DNA from: Thermoplasmatota archaeon
GTDB taxonomy: Archaea > Thermoplasmatota > E2 > DHVEG-1
Reading direction: 5' to 3'
DNA length: 56,003 nucleotides
NCBI GenBank assembly: GCA_035543435.1
Contig: DATKKD010000047.1
Span: forward strand, 1-56,003
Shown piece after piece: positions 39,742-48,027 of the stretch (its first letter is position 1; the number at the start of each line of letters is the position of its first letter). Both the position numbers and the translations under genes were made by a program. The notes beneath the pieces were generated by a model that worked only from the letters and a program-made list of their open reading frames with translations, ran no database searches and was not told where the DNA came from.

Positions 39742-42378
39742 ATGGGGGCGAATATGTCGCATTGTCATGATAAACAATTGATTATGATAGGGCTATTTTT
39801 GCTGTTTATTATGAGTATCACTGCAACGATGTTACCAGGAGTAAAGAGCGATGACCATGGTTTTATGGGGAGAGATCCACCGAATGTGGATAGTTGGATG
39901 ATGAATATGGACACCAGGGTCCTTACCCTGACTTTCAATGACATCATGAACGTCTCATCCTTGGATGTGACCGGGATAACGATCCAAGATGCTGAGACCG
40001 CGACTGTCTCCTACACGCTCCATGATAGTACCTCGACAAGCCCAAATGGAGCCACCGTGGTCATCGATCTTTCAACCAATGATTTCAACTCGATCGCTGG
40101 CACGTCTCATCTCGCAAAATCATTGAACACGAGCTGGTTGACCATGGCCGATGGCGCGATTCAAAATATGAATGGCACGAACGCGAGCTCCATCATCGAC
40201 GGTAGCGCTCTTCAAACAAATGCGTTCACTGCTGACGCGACCGCGCCCACGTTACCCTTGGTTCATATCTTTTCAAATTATAGTGATCCCACCCTAGCAA
40301 AGGTCGGTGATAACATTACGATTCGATTCACCGCAAGTGAACCACTTAATAGCACCTCGGTCAGTGTGCTGATTGATACCGACATCGCGAACATCGTTGG
40401 CGACGGCTTATTTTGGAATGCCTCCTACATTATGCAACAAAATGATGCTGAAGAGAATGTCATGTTTGCCATTGATTTCTCTGACATGGCGAATAACCCT
40501 GGAGCCACAGTAACGAGTGCCACTGATGGAAGCTTTGTGATCTTCGACAAGAGTCCGCCGTCGTCATCCGTTGATAACATCGTCCCCTATTGGAGGAATT
40601 CTGCGACGACCATCACGGCGACTGCGAACGACACCAGCAGCGGTGTCAAGAACGTGGCCTTGTCCTATCGATTTTGTACTGATAACAGCTCATGGAGGAC
40701 TTGGGTGAACGCAGGTGTTGAAAGTGTGGCCCCCTGGACCTGGAATTTCACATTTGTGAATGCATCTGGGTTCTATCAGTTCAACAGCATCGCAACAGAC
40801 AATGCGACCAACCATGAGCCTGCCTCTGGTTCCCCCGACGCTTTATGTGGGTACGACGCGGTGGCACCAACCTCGTCGGTTGACCCAATAGCTCCGTACT
40901 GGAATACGGTAAATCCTCTCACCATCAATGCATCGGCGAGTGACGGGTTAAGTGGCGTCAAGAACGTGACGTTGTACTATCGATTTAGTGCTGACAATGC
41001 CTCCTGGAGCGGCTGGGTAAACGCCGGTGTGGACACAGCATCTTCCTGGTCACGGAATTTTACCTTCCCAAACGGGACTGGATACTATCAATTCACGAGT
41101 GCTGCAACGGACTATGCGAAGAATGCGGAAACGGGACCTGGTACCATGGAGGCATTGTGCGTGTATGATGTCGTCGTGCCACCGAGTGGTTTCATCGCGA
41201 CTGTCTCGGGCACCTCAATGATTAATCTTGCGTGGATAAAGGGACTCAATGCCGACAGCACGAGAATCCAACGCAAAACAGGATGGTATCCTCACAACCT
41301 CAGTGATGGAACGACGGTCTACAACGGCTCAAACGCCACCTGTGCTTCTTCAGGTTTGTCCCCGGGAACCTTGTATTTCTATCGTGCGTGGAGTTTCAAT
41401 AAGACCATTTCAACGTGGTCGACGATGAACGTGAGTGCCTCTGCGACCACGCAGAGCGGCGCGGGCGGTAGCCCTGGTCCCGGTGGTGGTCCAATCGATA
41501 CCTCTCTGCCTGTCTCACGACCAGGTGGTCCGTACCAAGGTGCTGTGAGCACGGTGATCGTCTTTAACGGCTCGGCGAGTTACGATGCTGATAGTTCTAT
41601 CGTTCGGTATGACTGGCGGTTCGCTACGGGAGACACCTGGCATAACAACAGCGGTGCAACGCTGACACACATCTATCCTTTCGTTGGTACATTCACCGTC
41701 ACCCTGCGAGTGTTCGACGCCGGAGGTAATGTGGGGATGAACACCACTACAGCAACCATCACCGCGACACCGGTCAATCGACCTCCGATACAGCCCACAG
41801 TCAGAGGACCGACCGCGGGCACCAAGAACTTTCCCTACACCTTCAGCTTCACCTCCATCGACCCGGACGGTGATGCCATTCGCTATTCTGTCGACTGGGG
41901 CGATGGAACCATGAACGTGTCGTCGCAGCTTGCGAGCGGCACGACGTTTATGCTTTCGCACGCCTGGGCATCCAATCGGGTCTTTCTGATCGACGTCTCC
42001 GTAAAGGATCAGAACAACGCTTCATCAACGAACACCACCGTCACCCTTCCGATTGATGCGACCCCGGTCGAAGGGTACGGGTATGTCATCGACACAAATG
42101 GCGACGGTGTCCTTGATTCCTTCTTCAGCAACTCTACCGGGCAAACGTCGACGATGCAGGGACGGTCTAATGGAACATACCTGCTCGATTTCAACGGAGA
42201 CGGTGTCATGGATCATGTGTACAATCCAGAAACCAACACCATCAGTGTGTTAGGTCCTGCAACAGCTCTCAAGAAAAGCGAAGGCTCCGCGTTCACTTGG
42301 TGGGTCTTAGCTCCCATCATCCTTGCCCTCGTCGTCATTGTTCTCCTCGTCTTGATGTATAGGACAGGGCGCATCTGA
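39742..42378 (+). CDS. large N-glycosylation-sequon-rich surface protein (Ig-like repeats, FN3, PKD, C-terminal TM anchor)
   Basis: Track ORF starts at a TTG (39688). I prefer ATG 39742 (or 39784) before the signal/TM LIMIGLFLLFIMSI. Two ~100-aa tandem repeats (SSVD.I.PYW...SGVKNV.L.YRF..DN.SW..WVNAGV). PKD signature YDWRFATGD...FTVTLRVFD. DPDGDAIRYSVDWGDG module. C-terminal TM WWVLAPIILALVVIVLLVLMYRTGRI. Confidence 0.7.
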   Translation: MGANMSHCHDKQLIMIGLFLLFIMSITATMLPGVKSDDHGFMGRDPPNVDSWMMNMDTRVLTLTFNDIMNVSSLDVTGITIQDAETATVSYTLHDSTSTSPNGATVVIDLSTNDFNSIAGTSHLAKSLNTSWLTMADGAIQNMNGTNASSIIDGSALQTNAFTADATAPTLPLVHIFSNYSDPTLAKVGDNITIRFTASEPLNSTSVSVLIDTDIANIVGDGLFWNASYIMQQNDAEENVMFAIDFSDMANNPGATVTSATDGSFVIFDKSPPSSSVDNIVPYWRNSATTITATANDTSSGVKNVALSYRFCTDNSSWRTWVNAGVESVAPWTWNFTFVNASGFYQFNSIATDNATNHEPASGSPDALCGYDAVAPTSSVDPIAPYWNTVNPLTINASASDGLSGVKNVTLYYRFSADNASWSGWVNAGVDTASSWSRNFTFPNGTGYYQFTSAATDYAKNAETGPGTMEALCVYDVVVPPSGFIATVSGTSMINLAWIKGLNADSTRIQRKTGWYPHNLSDGTTVYNGSNATCASSGLSPGTLYFYRAWSFNKTISTWSTMNVSASATTQSGAGGSPGPGGGPIDTSLPVSRPGGPYQGAVSTVIVFNGSASYDADSSIVRYDWRFATGDTWHNNSGATLTHIYPFVGTFTVTLRVFDAGGNVGMNTTTATITATPVNRPPIQPTVRGPTAGTKNFPYTFSFTSIDPDGDAIRYSVDWGDGTMNVSSQLASGTTFMLSHAWASNRVFLIDVSVKDQNNASSTNTTVTLPIDATPVEGYGYVIDTNGDGVLDSFFSNSTGQTSTMQGRSNGTYLLDFNGDGVMDHVYNPETNTISVLGPATALKKSEGSAFTWWVLAPIILALVVIVLLVLMYRTGRI

Positions 42379-42426
42379 ACAGAGAGTCGCCATCTGTCGC
42401 TCGCAAAGTAAATGGCTTCCACGGTC

Positions 42427-42435
42427 TTTTTTTTT
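42427..42435 (+). terminator. oligo-T tract downstream of 39742..42378
   Basis: T9 run 49 nt after the stop codon, in the convergent gap. Archaeal terminators are typically oligo-T. Confidence 0.4.
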
Positions 42436-42498
42436 CAGTAGATGTCTCGGTGGCATTGCGTTTCTGTCACCGGCTGGTCTCATTTAAAAGAGTCCTGT

Positions 42499-44679
42499 TC
42501 AGTGAAGAAGAAACCGTAAGAATGGAAATGCATGTGGAAACCGCTCCAGCAGCCGCTCGAGGAATCGACCACCGGGTAGTTCATACGACAGCGGCATGGT
42601 GACTCTGAGAGTCCCCCAGGCGCTTTCATTCCCATAGATGTCTTTTGCCTGACATCGAATAGTGTACACTCCTTTGTTGTTCCAGGTGTGCGACTGATTT
42701 ATAGATAATCCCGAGGGGTACGGCCCAAGCCACCCGCTGCTCGCATTATCCCCCCAGTCAATGCGATAGAACACGGCATCACCCTCCGGATCTGCGGACG
42801 ACACCGTGTAGGTCACGGGTGTCCCGGTTTTCGCCTTCGCTGGTCCCGTGATCAGCGGCGTCTCAGGTGCGGTGTTGTTCATTGAAATCAAGGCCCACGT
42901 GGCATCGAACGCGGTCGCACCTTCCTCGTCCGTGACCTTCAGGACCACGGTGAAGTTACCCGCATCAACATACTCATGTGATACATTCTGGTCCTCGGAG
43001 GATGTCCCGTCACCGAACGTCCAATGGAAATGGTACGGGGGCACCCCGTTCTGCGCGGATCCAGTGAACTGCACCGGGACATCGACCTTCCCAGCATAGG
43101 GCCCATGCGCGTCCGCGATGCAACCCCCGATGATGGTGAAATCCGCAGGGGAGATCGCTTCGGCGGATGATGAAGCAGTATGTACAACAACTTTGATGCG
43201 ACAATGAGAGGAACTAGTTCCAGGGACGCTCCATTGATACCGGCCGTCGTCCGGGATATTTCTTGCGAGGGTAATCCATGGTCCAGAGACGCCGTTCAAA
43301 GACAACTCCAAATCAACCTGCGAGGCGCCTTGGGCTGGTGGGATCGCGGAAAGCCATCGGATGTCACGAACAGAGTTCCCTTTGAAGGTCTCACCGCCAT
43401 GCGGTGATTTCACGTGCACTGACAGCGTCGTGGGCTCGCTCCAGGGGGAAAAGGCGCGTAGGGTGTTCAGCTCCGACGGCCAGCTCCCTTGGTCAATCTG
43501 GATGAGGACGTCCTCACGACCGTCGTGGTCGAAGTCACCATCGATGCGTAACGCTGAATAGTCGCCCGGGGAGCCGACCATGAAGGTCGCATCCGAGATC
43601 CAGTTCCCCGTGCCATCACCGAGATAGACATGGGCGGTGGTCCCGCTGTAGGCGAGGATGTCGAGGGAGCCGTCACCATTCAGGTCACCGCATTGGACAT
43701 TATAATCACCCGTTGTAGGAAGACCTGTGGAGGCTGAGGTCCAAGAGCTGGTTCCTTTGTCGAAGAGGTAGCAGCGGACGCCGAGGTTGTCATAGGCGAT
43801 GATGAGGTCGTCGCAGCCGTCACCGTTGACGTCACCGCGGTCCAGCCCTAACGCGACCGCGCTGGGCAGTCCGTTTTGGGTAAGCGTGAATCCGAAGGCC
43901 CCGTCACCGAGGTATACGTACGTGTTGGCTTTGGTGCCGACGAAATCCATGTTACCGTCAGCATTGATGTCGCAGGCTTTGAGGTCGTTGTTGGTGTTCC
44001 CAAGAGCGTCAGTCCATCGGTGTGTCCAGGTGCCGTCCCCGTTGTTCTTGTAGACATGGTACCCGTTCCCGTAGCCGAAGGATTGAACAATGATATCAAG
44101 GAGGCCGTCGTTGTTGAAATCCGCGAGGTCAATGTTAAACATCCCGTAGGTCTCGCCTCCGGACCCAAGTCCTGTCGCCCATCCTGTCCAGGCAGTACCG
44201 GTACCGTCGCCGAGCGCGGCGCCGACAAGAGTATCGCCATAGCCCGTAGAACCATAGTTATGGTGGATGCCCCAGACGATGTCCGGGTGGCCGTCGAGGT
44301 TCAGGTCGCCGAGCGCGCAGCCACCGTACCCGAAGTCACCGTCTTGATGGACGGTCCAGGTGCCGTCATCATTGTTGAGGTAGACCATGATGCCGTGTTC
44401 CTGGGTGTTGATGTACGGGTTGCCGTGGTCCCCGACGCTTATGATGTCGGGGTTGCCGTCTTGGTTGACATCAAAGAGTTCAAGCTCGGTGTTGCCGCCT
44501 TCCTTGGCCGGGTCATTAAGCCCTGTGGATTTCTCCACGAAGGTGATCTGACTGGTCGTGAGAACCTTAACTGCGTGTAGGCTGTTCTGAGTGATCGAGG
44601 AGCCCAGGGTCATGATGCAGAGAATCGCTATCAAAAAGCTGGCGAAAAGGCGCGTGTCGTGTGTTCTTTTGTTGTTCAT
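42499..44679 (-). CDS. secreted FG-GAP/VCBS-repeat (integrin-alpha-like beta-propeller) protein with PKD domains
   Basis: Signal peptide. Repeated D.N.DG..D motifs (DVNQDGNPDII, DLNLDGHPDIV, DFNNDGLLDIIV, DINADGNMDFV, DVNGDGCDDLII, DLNGDGSLDIL, DFDHDGREDVLI). PKD HFHWTFGDGTSS...FTVVLKVTDEEG. DPEGDAVFYRIDWGD module. Confidence 0.8.
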   Translation of the reverse strand: MNNKRTHDTRLFASFLIAILCIMTLGSSITQNSLHAVKVLTTSQITFVEKSTGLNDPAKEGGNTELELFDVNQDGNPDIISVGDHGNPYINTQEHGIMVYLNNDDGTWTVHQDGDFGYGGCALGDLNLDGHPDIVWGIHHNYGSTGYGDTLVGAALGDGTGTAWTGWATGLGSGGETYGMFNIDLADFNNDGLLDIIVQSFGYGNGYHVYKNNGDGTWTHRWTDALGNTNNDLKACDINADGNMDFVGTKANTYVYLGDGAFGFTLTQNGLPSAVALGLDRGDVNGDGCDDLIIAYDNLGVRCYLFDKGTSSWTSASTGLPTTGDYNVQCGDLNGDGSLDILAYSGTTAHVYLGDGTGNWISDATFMVGSPGDYSALRIDGDFDHDGREDVLIQIDQGSWPSELNTLRAFSPWSEPTTLSVHVKSPHGGETFKGNSVRDIRWLSAIPPAQGASQVDLELSLNGVSGPWITLARNIPDDGRYQWSVPGTSSSHCRIKVVVHTASSSAEAISPADFTIIGGCIADAHGPYAGKVDVPVQFTGSAQNGVPPYHFHWTFGDGTSSEDQNVSHEYVDAGNFTVVLKVTDEEGATAFDATWALISMNNTAPETPLITGPAKAKTGTPVTYTVSSADPEGDAVFYRIDWGDNASSGWLGPYPSGLSINQSHTWNNKGVYTIRCQAKDIYGNESAWGTLRVTMPLSYELPGGRFLERLLERFPHAFPFLRFLLH

Positions 44680-44845
44680 GGTTTATCCCCCTAATGTATA
44701 AAGTGGTGTTGTTTCTTAAACCTTCTGGATGAAGCGAGCCCAACAAAAGGACATTGTGATCGACCTTCAAACTAAAATATAATAAATCTGCATGTATTTT
44801 TTAATCATCTTTATTTACTCAAGCATCCTGATAAGGAGGAGGTGA

Positions 44846-45238
44846 ATGATCATGAAAAATCCGATCACACATTTTGAGATCCCAGCAGACAACATGCAGA
44901 GAGCCAAGAAGTTCTATGAGGCGATTTTCGATTGGAAGATCGAAAAATACGACGAGGATAGCGACTACTGGTTCGTCATGACTTCCGAGGTCGGTGATGA
45001 CGAATGGACCCCAAAGGAGCCAGGGGCGATCAACGGTGGTCTGGTAAAGCGCGATAAGCCAGGGGAACCATTCATAAACTACATCACGGTCGACTCGATC
45101 GACAAGGTTTGTAAGATGATCGAGAAGAACGGCGGGAAGATCATCCAGTCGAAGACCGAGATGGGCGAGTGGGGCTGGTGGGCGACGTTCAAGGACACCG
45201 AAGGCAACGTCTTTGGTTTGTACGAAGAGAGCCAATAG
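44846..45238 (+). CDS. VOC/glyoxalase-family protein
   Basis: NPITHFEIPADNMQRAKKFYEAIFDWK start and C-terminal FKDTEGNVFGLY, typical of VOC proteins. A strong AGGAGGAGGTGA precedes the start. Confidence 0.75.
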   Translation: MIMKNPITHFEIPADNMQRAKKFYEAIFDWKIEKYDEDSDYWFVMTSEVGDDEWTPKEPGAINGGLVKRDKPGEPFINYITVDSIDKVCKMIEKNGGKIIQSKTEMGEWGWWATFKDTEGNVFGLYEESQ

Positions 45239-45342
45239 ACAGACCAAAATTGTTGTGCTGAGGAGAGCGACCCGATTCATTGGAGATGAGGAGCTGCGCT
45301 ACACATAAAAATGATTAATACATAGGTGACGATACGACTGTC

Positions 45343-45858
45343 ATGGGCGTGCTCCAGGACATCCTGAAATCATCGATGAAGCCCAAAGAAAAGCAAGCGA
45401 AGCTCGTTGCGGTGGTGTGCGACGGGACGATAAACGATGACGAATTCATCAAGTTTTTCCGATCAGCTTCCGATGTCGAAAAGGGTGTGTGCGCGGACGT
45501 GATGAAACACGTCGCAGAGGAAAAACCTGAGATTCTCGCACCCTATATGAACATCCTTGTCGGGTACATTAACTATCCTGTGCCGCGGGTGAAATGGGGC
45601 ATCCCTGAAGCGATCGGGAACATGGCAGAGCAATTCCCTGATGAAGTCGTGTTGGCGATCCCACACCTATTACTCAACACGAAGGATGACAGCACCGTGG
45701 TCCGTTGGTGTGCCGCGTATGCGCTGTCGCAAATTGCGCTGTATAATACCAAGAAGCGGAAAGAACTGCTCGCGTTGTTTTCTCAGATCGTTCAGAAGGA
45801 GAAGAACAACGGCGTGAAAAACGTCTACCTGAAAACCTTGAAAAAATTGTCTCAATAG
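45343..45858 (+). CDS. HEAT/ARM-like helical-repeat protein
   Basis: Repeated helical hairpins with PRVKWGIPEAIGNM and VVRWCAAYALSQI (HEAT-like R.WA..ALG signature). Function unknown. Confidence 0.45.
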   Translation: MGVLQDILKSSMKPKEKQAKLVAVVCDGTINDDEFIKFFRSASDVEKGVCADVMKHVAEEKPEILAPYMNILVGYINYPVPRVKWGIPEAIGNMAEQFPDEVVLAIPHLLLNTKDDSTVVRWCAAYALSQIALYNTKKRKELLALFSQIVQKEKNNGVKNVYLKTLKKLSQ

Positions 45859-45920
45859 AACAAGGCTTTGGATAATCGTACTCATGGGTGATGATGGAAT
45901 AGGGCATCCTGGTTTCGGTT

Positions 45921-46238
45921 ATGAAGTATTATGTGTATGTGATTAGGCTTGATGATGCGGTGGCGAGGTCTCGTAAATTTAAGGATCGTAATCCACATAT
46001 GAGAGAAGATCTCCCTTGTTATTATGTTGGTCAGAGTAGCCATCCGCCCGAGATTCGTTTCTGGCAACATAAAAGCGGCTATAAGGGTAACTCTTTTGTG
46101 AAACAATTTGGCTTGGGTCTTTGTCCCCGATTGTATGAGCGTTTCAATCCGATAGCCACTCGTGAAGAAGCTGAGAGGATCGAAACACAGCTAACACAAC
46201 ACCTGCGAATCAGGGGTTATGGTGTGTGGTCTAATTAA
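45921..46238 (+). CDS. stand-alone GIY-YIG nuclease-domain protein
   Basis: YYVYVIRL (GIY-like), CYYVGQS (YIG-like), conserved R...H/K and a distal E (REEAERIE). About 105 aa, like the UPF0213/YhbQ-type proteins. Confidence 0.6.
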   Translation: MKYYVYVIRLDDAVARSRKFKDRNPHMREDLPCYYVGQSSHPPEIRFWQHKSGYKGNSFVKQFGLGLCPRLYERFNPIATREEAERIETQLTQHLRIRGYGVWSN

Positions 46239-46406
46239 AAGTCCCGTACGAAATATAATTACCAAATAGGAACCCATCGATGAGGGATTGGGTGTACACG
46301 TATTTTTTTCAGAAAAAGAGTTCTACTGTCATCACCAGTTTGGTAATTTAAATATTGACATTTAACAAAGTAAGGATGATAATACAGGCCATGTTTTTTT
46401 GTGATT

Positions 46407-47276
46407 TCAGTTTGCAGTACTGACATTATTGAGTTGGACGTTTAAAGCAAGACCGAGGTAAAAGGAGGATCTGTACAGTGATTCGGTTTTAATACCGATA
46501 AAACCGGTGGCGCCTGGGTAGAGATCAGAGTACAGGTGGCTGCCTCCGGGGATGTCGATGGCGAGGGCTCCCTTGAATGTTCCGTTCCAGTCATGAGCGC
46601 CGCCAAATCCGAAGGTATGGACCCAGCCTTCTGAATAGGCGTCGTGCCATTGTCCTTCCCAACTATCCGTCCATGCTTCACCGAAGCTAATAACGTCGAA
46701 GGGAGCTAGGGGAATGAATTGATTGACGAGGTCATCCATCATTATTACGGCGAAGAGGAGGAAGACGAGGGTGTCGTGTTTTTGGAGGAGCCACAAGAGG
46801 GCAAACAGGGAGGCGTACAGAGGCGAAGTAAACCATGTTTGCGTTGTGTGCCCCGTAATGAGGCAGAAGTGGTTGCCGGTCTGTGAATGGTAGATGTTTG
46901 CTTGGGTGTTTCCTCGTTGTGAGATCTGGGCGAGGCGTTCGACCATGTGCTGTGCCTGAGGCAGGGTCATACCTGCGGGGAGAAGGTCGTAGCTATGGAG
47001 GACGCCAACCGCTTCTTTGAAGAGGAGCATGACTTCCTGTTGGGTTGTTGCCTGTGTGAGTCTTGTATGGAAGTTGTTGCAGTACTCTTCGAACTGTTGG
47101 TATTGATAGTCGGTGAGTGAGACGGTCTTCGGTTTATCATTTTGTAAACCGTATGCCACCGTGGTCATTTGGACCGATGAGTGGTGTTGGGTTGCCGTAG
47201 AGATTGTTGGCAAACACGATACTGTGAGAAGTAGTGTTATAGTAAGTATTGCAAAGATTTTCTTTTTTTCCTGCAC
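46407..47276 (-). CDS. hypothetical secreted protein
   Basis: Signal peptide KKIFAILTITLLLTVSCLPTIS. No recognisable domain. Confidence 0.5.
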   Translation of the reverse strand: MQEKKKIFAILTITLLLTVSCLPTISTATQHHSSVQMTTVAYGLQNDKPKTVSLTDYQYQQFEEYCNNFHTRLTQATTQQEVMLLFKEAVGVLHSYDLLPAGMTLPQAQHMVERLAQISQRGNTQANIYHSQTGNHFCLITGHTTQTWFTSPLYASLFALLWLLQKHDTLVFLLFAVIMMDDLVNQFIPLAPFDVISFGEAWTDSWEGQWHDAYSEGWVHTFGFGGAHDWNGTFKGALAIDIPGGSHLYSDLYPGATGFIGIKTESLYRSSFYLGLALNVQLNNVSTAN

Positions 47277-47342
47277 TTTGCTTCCTCCCTCTAAAAGTAA
47301 ATCTTAGTTCATGTATTAATAATTATCTTACAGGAGAAAAAG

Positions 47343-47381
47343 TGCAGGGGGGAGAGACTTCAAATTCAAGTTCAAGTCTCT
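47343..47381 (-). repeat. weak tRNA-3'-end-like copy plus 8-bp hairpin (copy E)
   Basis: aaaaagtgcagggg (47337-47350) matches the A-run + discriminator + acceptor 3' strand of tRNA-Leu. It is followed by the perfect inverted repeat agagactt/aagtctct (47353-47360/47374-47381) where a T arm would be. Confidence 0.4.
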
Positions 47382-47392
47382 TTCCTATGAAA

Positions 47393-47599
47393 TTACCATT
47401 TCATTTTCATTTTTTTCCTTTCAAAATCATCTTCTTTTTGATTAGTAGCTGCTTTTGTTTTCTCTAGGTATTTCTCTAAATCCGACGGACAAATAGCAAC
47501 GATTTCTAATCCGTTATTACCTGTCGTATAATGCATGGTTATGTCATCGGCCTGAAAAACATTACCACATTGATTACAGATATATTTCATGTAGTTCAC
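47393..47599 (-). CDS. 68-aa zinc-ribbon-like small protein
   Basis: CNQCG ... ICPSD motif. Its start overlaps the stop of the upstream RHH gene by 4 nt. Confidence 0.45.
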   Translation of the reverse strand: MNYMKYICNQCGNVFQADDITMHYTTGNNGLEIVAICPSDLEKYLEKTKAATNQKEDDFERKKMKMKW

Positions 47600-47754
47600 T
47601 CCATTTTTCTGCTTAATTTATTATTCTTTATATAGAAATTCGTCATGTAAACTATTTGTCTGCTGTATGGTCTCTCTTCTTCCTTCGCGAGTTTTTTGAT
47701 GAGTTCATTTTCTTGCTTTGTTAATGATATATTCATTCGTATCCTTTTTTGCAT
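47596..47754 (-). CDS. ribbon-helix-helix (CopG/Arc-like) DNA-binding protein, paralog 1
   Basis: MQKRIRMNISLTKQENELIKKLAKEEERPYSRQIVYMTNFY shows beta-strand/helix/helix RHH periodicity. It aligns with 51166..51336 and 51642..51782 (shared AKEE.RP.SRQIV.M). Start chosen by homology (ATG 47754). Confidence 0.6.
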   Translation of the reverse strand: MQKRIRMNISLTKQENELIKKLAKEEERPYSRQIVYMTNFYIKNNKLSRKME

Positions 47755-47765
47755 TGCATACACAA

Positions 47766-47985
47766 AGGTGTAATAATTTTGCATACTTATATGTCTTTCT
47801 ACACAATGATATATACTCCCTACTACGTACCGCTGTCATCCGACTAATTTCAGAAAGGACATGTGAAATCAATGAAAATCGATAAAGAATTTTCAACCTT
47901 TGAGAACGAAAGTAATAAGAAGTTTCGAAATCGACATCACACATTTGACGAAGATTATTACAAAGCGAGATTTGAGAAGTGAATT
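47766..47985 (+). repeat. diverged direct repeat, left copy (partner 49315..49545)
   Basis: gtgtaataatttt.c.....ttatatg.c....acacaatgatatatact is shared almost exactly. Weaker similarity continues for about 150 nt (atcaat.a.a....gataa.ga.ttt ... gaagtg). Confidence 0.6.
47791..47982 (+). pseudogene. possible TAA-interrupted copy of the 49340..49543 small ORF
   Basis: Same frame as the 49340 ORF across the repeat. An in-frame TAA lies at 47845-47847. Downstream my translation ...KGHVKSMKIDKEFSTFENESNKKFRNR... aligns with ...KAWVRSIIADNEFRHVDKETNLRNR.... Confidence 0.25.
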
Positions 47986-48027
47986 GCCTCTTTTGAAATA
48001 AGGAATTTTTTGGAAGCGATCAAGAAC

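Noticed and set aside
46335-46372. Possible extra, very degenerate att-like copy (ccagtttggtaatttaaatattgacat vs cccagtttaccagtacgacaaggattgacag), about 35 nt 3' of the 46407..47276 gene and preceded by an A-run.
   Set aside because: Only the cagttt and attgaca ends match and the acceptor/T-arm part is absent. This is not distinguishable from chance in AT-rich DNA by eye.
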